Notes: a model not told the origin generated them from the letters alone. A stretch of DNA of 64,000 bases from an uncultured Ruminococcus sp. (GCA_902787825.1 CADAHS010000001.1:74063-138062), one strand, 5' to 3'; positions 49,637 to 58,331 are shown, numbered from the stretch's first letter. Numbers and translations are program-made.

Positions 49637-52600
49637 ATGATTGAAAATGATGCAAATTTAATCAAAATATCTCAAGCGCTGCTTGATGAATATGCGTGCG
49701 TATGCAGTGTTAATGTTGTAAACAACGAGTATCAGTGGTATTGGATAGATCCATCTCTCGATGCAATGCAAATAGAACCTGCTGGCACTGATTTCTTTAA
49801 AGACGTTGTCGGTTTTGTTGATCGTGTTGTTTATGAAGAAGATAGACAAGCACTTCTGGAAAACTTTAACGATAACAGCTTTCTTGAAAAACTAAGAAAT
49901 AATTCGGCATTAAACAATGTATTCAGACTTGTTATTGACGGCAGGCCTGTGTATCATTCGCTGCGTCTTATCAGAGATACCGGCGATGATCATTGTTTTA
50001 TTTTTGGTGCTGTTAATATTGATAAAGATTATCGCTGTAAGCTTGAGTCTGATAACGCTGTGAGTGAGCAGTCGTTATTTGACCAAATTGCAGAAAGTCT
50101 TGTGTCACATTATGATGTTATCTATTATGTAGATTTTAAAAGCAACTATTACACTAAATATGTTTCTAAAAATATTTATGGTAGTTTTGATATCAACTCA
50201 GCAGGAGATGACTTCTTTGAAGAAGCCAGGCAAAATGGTGCTCAGCTTATTCACCCTAAAGACAGGGATAGGATCCTTAATGTGCTTGAAAAAGAATATC
50301 TTATTGCTGTACTTGAAGACAGAAAACGTTACATTACCGAATACCGCTTGATAGTTGATGGTAAAACACAGCACACCAGAATGACAGTGATGTGGTCAAG
50401 CGATAAGATCCACATTATTATAGGTGTGGAAAATATCAATGAACAGGTAAGAAAAGAAAAAGAACAGTTCAGAGCTATGAGTATGGCTAATGAACTCGCA
50501 AGATGTGATGAGCTTACAGGTGTTAAGAATAAAAAGGCATATCATGAGCTGGAGGAATCGGTTAACAGCAATATCTCCAACGGACTTGATTATCTGCCGT
50601 TTGCGATAGTCGTTTGCGATGTAAATGATCTGAAGCGTGTGAATGATACTCAAGGCAGCAAATCCGGCGACGAATATATACGTTCTGCATGCCGTTTCAT
50701 ATGTAATACCTTTAAACATTCACAGGTCTTTCGTATCGGAGGAGATGAGTTTGTCGCTTTTTTAGGAAGCGGCGACTTCTATACAAGAGAAGACCTTGTG
50801 CAGAAATTCAAAAGTATTGTATTCAATAATATAAAAAACGGTGAGGGCGCTGTAGTTGCAATCGGAATGTCTGTTTTCGATCCGGCGACCGATAAAAATG
50901 TGATAGATGTTTTTGAACGTGCAGACAGCGAAATGAAATTAAATAAGGCAAAACTGAAGTCATATTATAATAATTCAGATGATACGCCATATCTGCACAG
51001 AATAGATGTTACTATCCCGCCTGAAAGGAAAAAATTCTTAGAGGGCCTGTTTAATGCGTTTTCTGTTATCACTGAAGGAACATATGTGTATCTTTGCGAT
51101 ATGAAATATGACTATTCTATATGGTCTAAGGCTGCTGTTGATACATTCGGACTGCCTTCTGAGCATATGTACCGTGCAGGAGATATCTGGGAGGAACATA
51201 TTCATCCCGATGACAGAGCAACTTATCATCGTGGTATCAATGATATATTTACCGGAAATGCGGCTGGACACGATATGCAGTACAGAGCAAGACGTCTTAA
51301 CGGAAAGTATGATGTGTGCACCTGTCGTGGTATAGTGCTGAGAGATCAGAACGGCGATCTTGATTATTTTGGCGGTTCGATAAGAAATCACGGCTTGCAG
51401 GGACAAGCAGATGCACTCACAGGTCTCAGAAATCTGTACGGCTTCTTTGAAGATCTCCAGTCGTATATGAATAAGAATACCAGTATAAGTGTTTGTCTTG
51501 TAGGTATCAGTAAGTTTTCCGAAATAAATGAGATCTATGGATATCATTTCGGAAACAGAGTGCTTCAGGGGTTTGGAAGATTCCTCTTTGAACATGTTGG
51601 AAATCTGGGAAGTGTTTATCGCCTTGACGGTACTAAATTTGCTGTGTTAAGCAACAGTCAGACTGTTGAGGATATTAAAGAAAAATATGAGGACCTTCGT
51701 GAGTATTTCAGAGAGAAATTTGTTGTTGAAAACAAAAATATTATTCTTGATCTTAACTGTGGATTGTTGTGTGTTGATAATTTTGATATTGACTATCAGA
51801 CAGTCTATGCGTGTCTCAACTACTCATACAGTGAGTCAAAACTGCGTAAACACGGGGAAATCGTAGAGTTCAGCAATGATATAAATGATGAGAATAAGCA
51901 TATTATTGAAAAACTCCATGTTATAAGAGATTCTATTATGCGGGATTACAAGGGCTTTTTCCTGCTGTATCAGCCGGTTGTCGATGCACAGACAGAAAAG
52001 CTTGTTGGAGCAGAAGCTTTGCTCAGATGGCGAAATGACGAATATGGTACTGTTCCGCCGGACAGTTTTATTCCTGTGCTTGAACGTGACCCGCTATTTC
52101 CTGAACTTGGTGAGTGGATAATTCGTACAGCAATAAAAGCGGCTAAGAGGATAATGCAGTACTATCCGGATTTTATTATTAATGTCAATCTGTCGTATAG
52201 CCAGCTTGAAAAACCGGAATTTGTGGAAACGGTGCTGAATATTCTGAGAAAAGAGAATTTCCCGCCAAATCACCTTTGCCTTGAGATCACTGAAAGATGT
52301 AGGCTGCTCAATATGGATCTGCTGAAAAATATTGTTGTAAATCTGCGTGGCAGAGGGGTGCTTATGGCACTTGACGACTTTGGTACAGGATTTTCTTCAG
52401 TCGGACTTGTTAAAAATCTTGAGTTTGATGTTATCAAGATCGACAGAAGCTTCGTCCTAAAGATCGAGGAAGACGAAAAGGAGAGAAAGCTTATAGAACA
52501 CTTCGTAGGTCTTGGCTCGATTTTTGGAGCAAGCATATGTGTTGAGGGCATTGAAACCTCACAAATGCGTGATGTTCTCAAAAAATATGGCGTTAGCGGA

Positions 52601-52672
52601 TTCCAGGGATATTATTATTCAAAGCCAATTTTGATCGATGATCTGCTAAAGTGGAAAGATCCGGATAAATAA
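49637..52672 (+). CDS. Diguanylate cyclase/phosphodiesterase: 2x sensor-GGDEF-PAS-degenerate GGDEF-EAL
   Basis: Intact RIGGDEF; PAS-like HIHPDDR; second GGDEF-like domain reads RLDGTKF; intact EAL motifs (AEALLRW, EITE, DDFGTG, IKID, EGIE, QGYYYSKP). Confidence 0.93.
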   Translation: MIENDANLIKISQALLDEYACVCSVNVVNNEYQWYWIDPSLDAMQIEPAGTDFFKDVVGFVDRVVYEEDRQALLENFNDNSFLEKLRNNSALNNVFRLVIDGRPVYHSLRLIRDTGDDHCFIFGAVNIDKDYRCKLESDNAVSEQSLFDQIAESLVSHYDVIYYVDFKSNYYTKYVSKNIYGSFDINSAGDDFFEEARQNGAQLIHPKDRDRILNVLEKEYLIAVLEDRKRYITEYRLIVDGKTQHTRMTVMWSSDKIHIIIGVENINEQVRKEKEQFRAMSMANELARCDELTGVKNKKAYHELEESVNSNISNGLDYLPFAIVVCDVNDLKRVNDTQGSKSGDEYIRSACRFICNTFKHSQVFRIGGDEFVAFLGSGDFYTREDLVQKFKSIVFNNIKNGEGAVVAIGMSVFDPATDKNVIDVFERADSEMKLNKAKLKSYYNNSDDTPYLHRIDVTIPPERKKFLEGLFNAFSVITEGTYVYLCDMKYDYSIWSKAAVDTFGLPSEHMYRAGDIWEEHIHPDDRATYHRGINDIFTGNAAGHDMQYRARRLNGKYDVCTCRGIVLRDQNGDLDYFGGSIRNHGLQGQADALTGLRNLYGFFEDLQSYMNKNTSISVCLVGISKFSEINEIYGYHFGNRVLQGFGRFLFEHVGNLGSVYRLDGTKFAVLSNSQTVEDIKEKYEDLREYFREKFVVENKNIILDLNCGLLCVDNFDIDYQTVYACLNYSYSESKLRKHGEIVEFSNDINDENKHIIEKLHVIRDSIMRDYKGFFLLYQPVVDAQTEKLVGAEALLRWRNDEYGTVPPDSFIPVLERDPLFPELGEWIIRTAIKAAKRIMQYYPDFIINVNLSYSQLEKPEFVETVLNILRKENFPPNHLCLEITERCRLLNMDLLKNIVVNLRGRGVLMALDDFGTGFSSVGLVKNLEFDVIKIDRSFVLKIEEDEKERKLIEHFVGLGSIFGASICVEGIETSQMRDVLKKYGVSGFQGYYYSKPILIDDLLKWKDPDK

Positions 52673-52677
52673 AAGTT

Positions 52678-52714
52678 AAGGAGCTGTTGTCAGATAAACA
52701 CAGCTCCTTTTTTT
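52678..52714 (+). terminator. Intrinsic terminator
   Basis: AAGGAGCTGT/ACAGCTCCTT plus T run. Confidence 0.8.
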
Positions 52715-52766
52715 GATAAAAAACACTTGAAAATGAAAAAGAAATATGTTATACTAAAATAGTGAT

Positions 52767-52838
52767 GCAGATATAGTATAGCGGTCATTACTCCAGTTTC
52801 CCAAACTGGTGATGCGGGTTCGACTCCCGTTATCTGCT
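52767..52838 (+). tRNA. tRNA-Gly(CCC)
   Basis: Acceptor GCAGATA/TATCTGC, anticodon stem CCAGT/ACTGG with loop TTCCCAA, T-loop GTTCGACT; promoter TTGAAA(52727)-17-TATACT(52750). Confidence 0.95.
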
Positions 52839-52996
52839 TAAAACCAAAGTCCGTAAACACGATGTTTGCGGGCTTTTTCTCATGTTTAGAGGAGCATCTG
52901 ATCTATTTTGGCAAGAGATAGGTCTTCTTTCTGATACATCACAGTTCGTTATCAAGTGTTTCACCGGCGGCGTGCTGTTGGGCAACGGCACAAATT

Positions 52997-53030
52997 AACC
53001 CACCCGACACATTGCTGCATCGGGTGGGTT
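52997..53030 (-). terminator. Terminator of the TasA-like gene
   Basis: AACCCACCCGA/TCGGGTGGGTT 11-bp perfect stem, U-rich on the minus side. Confidence 0.75.
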
Positions 53031-53071
53031 TGGCTATTATTAGGTTTCGCTAAGATAGCGTTTTAAGCTTT

Positions 53072-53869
53072 TTAGTTGCTTCCAGGACCGTCTACGTTAA
53101 ATGTAAGTGTAATGCCTTCTGCTGTCTTGCCAACGATCTTTGTAAGGTTAGATGTCTTAACAGCTGTAACATCACCGTCATAGTATACATATACATCAAC
53201 GTCTATAACATTGTCACCTGAAATTGTATTTGCAAGTACTACTGTACCGGTTGCATTTGCCTCGAATTTCTGGAAACCTGTTGCAGTAGCTACAACTACA
53301 CGAGTAGGATCGCCTTCGATACCGTCTGTAAGGTTAGAAAGATCAACCTTAAGGTTTGTAGCATCTTCTGAATCTTCTGCCAGACAGATATGAAGTGTCT
53401 TCTTCAGAACTCTTTCAGAGAAAATTGTGGTGGTATCTGTTGCACTCTTAGGAGTTGTTTCGTTGAATTCAACCTTAGTTCCGGTCTTGAGAGTACCGTC
53501 ATCGTATCCGGTACCTTCACCAAAATACCAGTTATTAGCTGTTGTCGGATTTACAGAAGGGTTAACCTCTGAAGTGCCATCTTTTGCAAGTGCTGCAGGA
53601 TACAGTTCTGCACTGTTGCTTGCAGCAGCAAATGTTACACTGGTCTTATTCTCTGTTCTGATGTCAGATGCGGTAGAATACTGCTCACTGATAAGTAAGT
53701 AGGTCGTATCAGCCTTAGCAGTGATGTTAAGTGTCTGAGCAGTAACATTTTTGTTCAGTGAGAACCATGCGAAGGTTGACGAAACGAGCATTGCTGCTGA
53801 AACTGTGAGCATTCCTACTGCCGATAACAGTTTCATCTTGTTTCCGTGTTTCTTCTTTGTATTAGTCAT
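53072..53869 (-). CDS. Secreted SipW-dependent protein (TasA/camelysin-like fibre subunit candidate)
   Basis: Basic N-terminus, hydrophobic core, SSTFA|WF cleavage motif of SipW-cognate signal peptides; Thr/Ala/Asn-rich beta-type mature domain. Start ATG 53869 after GGAAAGGGG. Confidence 0.8.
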   Translation of the reverse strand: MTNTKKKHGNKMKLLSAVGMLTVSAAMLVSSTFAWFSLNKNVTAQTLNITAKADTTYLLISEQYSTASDIRTENKTSVTFAAASNSAELYPAALAKDGTSEVNPSVNPTTANNWYFGEGTGYDDGTLKTGTKVEFNETTPKSATDTTTIFSERVLKKTLHICLAEDSEDATNLKVDLSNLTDGIEGDPTRVVVATATGFQKFEANATGTVVLANTISGDNVIDVDVYVYYDGDVTAVKTSNLTKIVGKTAEGITLTFNVDGPGSN

Positions 53870-53988
53870 AATAAATTCCCCTTTCCAAGAATTTAATTTA
53901 CTGTGACCTGTGTTTATAGCCGAAACCAAGGTCACCGTTCCTCTTTAGGAAACCCAATAATAAATAGTTTTCCGTTTCCTTGAATTAA

Positions 53989-54017
53989 AGTATACACAAC
54001 TTGTGCTAATTTGTCAA
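53989..54017 (-). promoter_or_regulatory. Sigma-A-type promoter of the TasA-like gene
   Basis: Minus strand TTGACA(54017-54012)-17-TATACT(53994-53989), TG upstream of the -10. Confidence 0.8.
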
Positions 54018-54205
54018 TAGTTTCAGTGTAATTAGTTTATTTAACAAAACAAATTTGGAGAAAGTATACTTGTTCGGTTCTTGTTTTTGTGCAAAAAGTC
54101 TAAAAAACGTTTTCGTGAGTTGTTGCTTGTGTTTGATTTGTTTAAATCTATCGACTAATTCTTCCTAAAAATATCGTATTTTCGTGATATTTGTTCTTAA
54201 TTCGC

Positions 54206-54234
54206 TTGACAAAAGAAACAAAATATCGTATAAT
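54206..54234 (+). promoter_or_regulatory. Consensus sigma-A promoter of the EAL*-sipW-AAA operon
   Basis: TTGACA(54206)-17-TATAAT(54229). Confidence 0.85.
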
Positions 54235-54278
54235 AATTACGAATAAATTATGCATTCTTAACTTATGCATAAATCGAG

Positions 54279-55070
54279 GTGATAGGATTGAAGCTGAAAA
54301 ATAATGCGACCGTCGGCGGCTTGCGTGCTTTGGAACAGTACTTTCGTCCTATCGGTAACGTGCTCTCCGGTGAAACGATCGCTTTGCAGACTGCTTTTCG
54401 CATGAATAGTCCCTCAAGAGGGGTTATTTTTCCCAACGAGTATCTTCCTGTCCTGGAAGCCTATCCGGATCGTGCCGCAGATTTTATGCCACTTATATTC
54501 TACCATTTATATGATGCTATTGAAAATTTCAAGAAAAGAGATATTGAATGCAGGTTTATTACTCTGCCAATGCCGGTAAGCTTTCTTAAACGTGCTGATG
54601 CAGTTACGGGTACTGTAGAGCTTGCAAAGGCTTTTCATATCCACTCCGACAACATCTGCTTTGAGCTTTCTTCGGCATTGTACGGCGAAACGGACGATAC
54701 AGCGTCAAAGGCAATGTTTGCATTGCAAAGAGAGGGCTTCACGTTTATGCTCAACTCTTTCGGCGGTGAGGATAGTCCGACGATGCTGCTGTCGAGCTTT
54801 CCGGTAGACTATGTTATGATAAATGGTCTTTATACTACCGAGGCGATGCTTGGCGAACGCCACGAAGGCTGGGTAAGATCAGCTTTGAGCTATATTACGA
54901 GTCTGAACTGCTCTGCTATTGCTACTGAGGTCGTTAATTCGGCGCAGGGAGATAAACTCTCCTCACTTGGATGCAGCTATTGTGTGGGTGATTATACCGG
55001 AGATTGGGTCCAGAGAAAATATGTAAGACTTAGAACAGGAGACGAGCAAGACGATAATCAGCAGGAATAA
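54279..55070 (+). CDS. Stand-alone degenerate EAL-domain protein
   Basis: EAL-like layout (YFRPI...RG.I.P.EY.PV.E...FELS...PVDYVMIN) with EAL->QTA, DDFG->NSFG, QGY->VGD. Start GTG 54279 or TTG 54288. Confidence 0.75.
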   Translation: MIGLKLKNNATVGGLRALEQYFRPIGNVLSGETIALQTAFRMNSPSRGVIFPNEYLPVLEAYPDRAADFMPLIFYHLYDAIENFKKRDIECRFITLPMPVSFLKRADAVTGTVELAKAFHIHSDNICFELSSALYGETDDTASKAMFALQREGFTFMLNSFGGEDSPTMLLSSFPVDYVMINGLYTTEAMLGERHEGWVRSALSYITSLNCSAIATEVVNSAQGDKLSSLGCSYCVGDYTGDWVQRKYVRLRTGDEQDDNQQE

Positions 55071-55123
55071 TTCTTTATATAATATAATGATACAAGTTTT
55101 GCGGAAAGGAGGTATATCTGCTT

Positions 55124-55942
55124 ATGAGTAAGAAGAAAAAAGAAGCTAAGCAGCAGGCTGAACTTGAAAACCAGCAGCTTGATGAAAGCACTGAAGCAGC
55201 TGTGAAATCAAGTTCCGATGACAAGGAGAAGGAACAAGCTCTCAGAGATGTCCTGCATATAAGGCGTACAGCTAAGGAAGTTAAGCGGTATACTATCCTG
55301 ATGCGAGTTACAGGACTTATAGCTGTGGCTCTGATAGCGCTGATAGCGATAGGATATGCAATAGCTTATTTTTATAACAAATACGGAAGCTTTACTATTA
55401 AGGTCAACAAATATGATATGGTCAACCAGGGACTTTCACTTTCTGAAACACCCGAATTTGACAGGACCATTTCAGTATTGACCGCTGATATCGTCTATGA
55501 TATGACCAACATCAGCGGAAATGATCTTCCTGAAAATATAGACAAAGTCAACGGAAACCATAACGGCAGGAATTATATCGCCTATACATTCTATGTGCAT
55601 AACTCAGGTAAGGATACAATAACATATGAAGGCGATCTTACTATTGAAAATGTAACTAAGAACGTTGACGAGGCTATCCGTGTGGCTGTTTATACCAATG
55701 GTGAGAAGCAGGTCTATGGTAAGACAAAGTCTAATGGAAGCGGTAAGGAAAGTGACTGCGATAAGGAATTCCTGACCAGTACTCAGGTGATGCATACAAA
55801 CGTTACTGACTTTGAACCGGGCGATACGACCAAATACACTGTGGTTATCTGGCTCGAAGGAAATGACCCTGACTGTGTTGATTCGATAATCGGTGGTGTC
55901 ATAAAAATGCAGATGGATTTCAGGATCGTAGAGAATACGTAA
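55124..55942 (+). CDS. Single-TM protein with extracellular TasA/camelysin-like domain
   Basis: Charged N-terminal region, TM ending YAIA-YF, YTFYVHNSG and YTVVIWLEGND motifs; GGAGG RBS. Confidence 0.7.
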   Translation: MSKKKKEAKQQAELENQQLDESTEAAVKSSSDDKEKEQALRDVLHIRRTAKEVKRYTILMRVTGLIAVALIALIAIGYAIAYFYNKYGSFTIKVNKYDMVNQGLSLSETPEFDRTISVLTADIVYDMTNISGNDLPENIDKVNGNHNGRNYIAYTFYVHNSGKDTITYEGDLTIENVTKNVDEAIRVAVYTNGEKQVYGKTKSNGSGKESDCDKEFLTSTQVMHTNVTDFEPGDTTKYTVVIWLEGNDPDCVDSIIGGVIKMQMDFRIVENT

Positions 55943-55962
55943 GAATTAAGGGGAGAAAATTT

Positions 55963-56664
55963 ATGAAAAAAGCGTTGAAAATTGCAGGCAGTGTTCTTGC
56001 GTGGATCTTGCTGATATTTGCTCTGCTGATTACTATAATGGTTTTTACCTCGGATAAGAACAACGGCGTTCCGAGCCTTTTCGGACGAATGCCGATGACT
56101 GTTGAGTCTGCGTCAATGGAACCTACCTTCAAGGAGGGCGACCTGATCATTTCAAAGGAGATCGACGATATCAACGATCTTAAAGTTGATGATGTTATCT
56201 CTTTCTGGACAAATGAGATCGTTGAAGGACAAAATGTTGTCAATACCCACCGAATTGTTGAGATAAAAGACGATAACGGAACAAAAGCTTTTGTTACAAA
56301 GGGTGATAACAACGAAAACAATGACTCTTATCTGGTTTATCCGAGTAAGATAGTTGGAAAGTGGACAGGCACAAGGCTCGGCGGAGTCGGAAAAATATTA
56401 AAATTCCTAAAGACAAAAACCGGATTTCTTGTATGTATCCTGATCCCGATGGCGATATTCTTCCTGTTTGAGCTGTTTAAGCTTATAATGGTCATCGTTC
56501 AGATGAAACAGCCTGCAAAGCTTACAGAAAATGATGAAGAAGAGATCAAGAAAAGAGCGATCGAGGAGTATCTTGCAGAGCAGCAAAAGCTTAAAGAAAA
56601 TCAGCCGCAGCAGGATCCCCCGCAGCAGACTCAGCAACAGACATCGACTGATAATGCAGAGTAG
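55963..56664 (+). CDS. sipW: Signal peptidase I, SipW (ER/archaeal-type), copy 1
   Basis: VESASMEPT (Ser), GD, NTHRIV (His), TKGDNN..ND; N- and C-terminal TM segments. Confidence 0.9.
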   Translation: MKKALKIAGSVLAWILLIFALLITIMVFTSDKNNGVPSLFGRMPMTVESASMEPTFKEGDLIISKEIDDINDLKVDDVISFWTNEIVEGQNVVNTHRIVEIKDDNGTKAFVTKGDNNENNDSYLVYPSKIVGKWTGTRLGGVGKILKFLKTKTGFLVCILIPMAIFFLFELFKLIMVIVQMKQPAKLTENDEEEIKKRAIEEYLAEQQKLKENQPQQDPPQQTQQQTSTDNAE

Positions 56665-56708
56665 TTTGACTGCCCTGTAAATCCGATAGAAAGGAAAACA
56701 AGGAAAAC

Positions 56709-58283
56709 ATGAGTAACTTTTTGGATTGGTTCTTTGTTTTTATTTCTGAAATTCTTAAAGGCTTTGCAAGTATATTCAAAGGATTTTGGGAAGGTATAAA
56801 GCAAATTTTCAATATCAAGAATTATATCAACATTTTCAAGGCTCATTCCGAAAGCTTCGGTGTGCTGGAGTGGATACTTGCGATCTTGTCGATAATTCTT
56901 GTTATGGCTATTTTCCTGCTTATCATTTTCATGATAGTGCTGGCAATAAGAAAATACATTCGTTTCAGGCATTCGCTTGTCAGCGATGAGGATCTGCTCG
57001 AGGAGATCGGTGTTCTTCAGCGCCAGGTCATTAAAATGACTAAGGAAAAGGACGAAATTATGGCGATGAAGGTCGCTCAGATGGGCGGCGGTCCTATGGC
57101 TCTTTCAGGAGCAATGGGTGGAACGCTGTCGCTCGGAGACGGCGAGACAGGAGAACAGCCTCAGGGAGAAGAACAGACACAGGAAGGCGTTGTTGTTACG
57201 ACTGTCAAACGTTTCTCCAAGCTTATCGAAGTGGACAACTTCTACAAAACTTATACTCCGCCAGAATATGACAATAACTGTACGCTTGAGCAGATTTGTG
57301 AGGATTACAGAAACTTTGCCTGCTCCAGAATGCATCTGTTTTACGATATAAAGACAATACGTCTGTTTATCGCAGGTATGGCTTCAACAAAGCTGATAAT
57401 CCTTCAGGGTATCTCAGGTACAGGTAAAACATCACTTCCGTATTCGTTCGGTAAGTTCCTCGGCGTTGATACGACCATTGCTTCCGTTCAGCCTTCGTGG
57501 CGAGACAGAACCGAGCTTTTCGGTTTCTTTAACGAATTCACCAAGAACTTTAACGAAACAGAAGTACTTAAAAGAATTTATGCATCAAGCTTCAATAATG
57601 ATGTAAACTTTATCCTCCTTGATGAAATGAACATCGCAAGAGTTGAGTATTACTTCGCTGAGATGCTGTCCATACTTGAAATGCCTAACGCAGACGAGTG
57701 GAAGCTCGACCTCGTTCCTAATGTATGGAGCACTGACCCTGAAAACCTTGACAAGGGTATGATCAAGATACCGCAGAATGTATGGTACATTGGTACAGCC
57801 AATAACGACGACTCAACATTTGCGATCTCTGATAAGGTTTACGACCGTGCTCAGCCTATCAACCTCGATGCAAAGGGTATTGCATTTGATGCGCCTGATA
57901 CGCCGCCGATGTGCCTGGGATATGATCATCTCAATGACCTGTTTGAGGAAGCTTTCAAGAAGTATCCTATCAGTGATGAAAACCTCAAGAAGATACAGCA
58001 TCTGGATCTGTGGGTAATTGAAAAACTCCGTGTGGCTTTTGGTAACCGTATTATCAAGCAGATGGGTCTGTTTGTCCCTGTTTACGTTGCCTGCGGCGGA
58101 GATGAACTTGATGGAATCGACTATGTGATGGCTACCAAGATCTTCAGAAAGTTTGAATCTCTCAACCTTTCAATGCTTCGTGACGAGCTGAAGGATCTGT
58201 GTACATACCTTAAAAAGACCTTTGGTGCAAACAGCATGAAGGAATCCATCGCATACCTCGAACGTCTGCAAAAGCTTTATTAA
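56709..58283 (+). CDS. Membrane-anchored McrB-family AAA+ NTPase
   Basis: Amphipathic helix, TM and coiled coil, then GISGTGKT (Walker A), LLDEMNIARVEYYF (Walker B), GTANNDD (NxxD), SDKVYDRA, FGNR. Confidence 0.85.
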   Translation: MSNFLDWFFVFISEILKGFASIFKGFWEGIKQIFNIKNYINIFKAHSESFGVLEWILAILSIILVMAIFLLIIFMIVLAIRKYIRFRHSLVSDEDLLEEIGVLQRQVIKMTKEKDEIMAMKVAQMGGGPMALSGAMGGTLSLGDGETGEQPQGEEQTQEGVVVTTVKRFSKLIEVDNFYKTYTPPEYDNNCTLEQICEDYRNFACSRMHLFYDIKTIRLFIAGMASTKLIILQGISGTGKTSLPYSFGKFLGVDTTIASVQPSWRDRTELFGFFNEFTKNFNETEVLKRIYASSFNNDVNFILLDEMNIARVEYYFAEMLSILEMPNADEWKLDLVPNVWSTDPENLDKGMIKIPQNVWYIGTANNDDSTFAISDKVYDRAQPINLDAKGIAFDAPDTPPMCLGYDHLNDLFEEAFKKYPISDENLKKIQHLDLWVIEKLRVAFGNRIIKQMGLFVPVYVACGGDELDGIDYVMATKIFRKFESLNLSMLRDELKDLCTYLKKTFGANSMKESIAYLERLQKLY

Positions 58284-58294
58284 TAATACCTAAT

Positions 58295-58331
58295 GACCTG
58301 CCTTGCCATTAGCCAACGGGCAAGTCAGGTC
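58295..58331 (+). other. Intercistronic stem-loop
   Basis: GACCTG-CTTGCC / GGCAAG-CAGGTC pairing, followed by GCTTTT. Confidence 0.6.

Noticed and set aside
53870-53981. Canonical c-di-GMP-II riboswitch
   Set aside because: Only short words match; there is no GCAC/GUGC-type pseudoknot complement and no room for P1 after the predicted TSS. Kept only as a structured leader.
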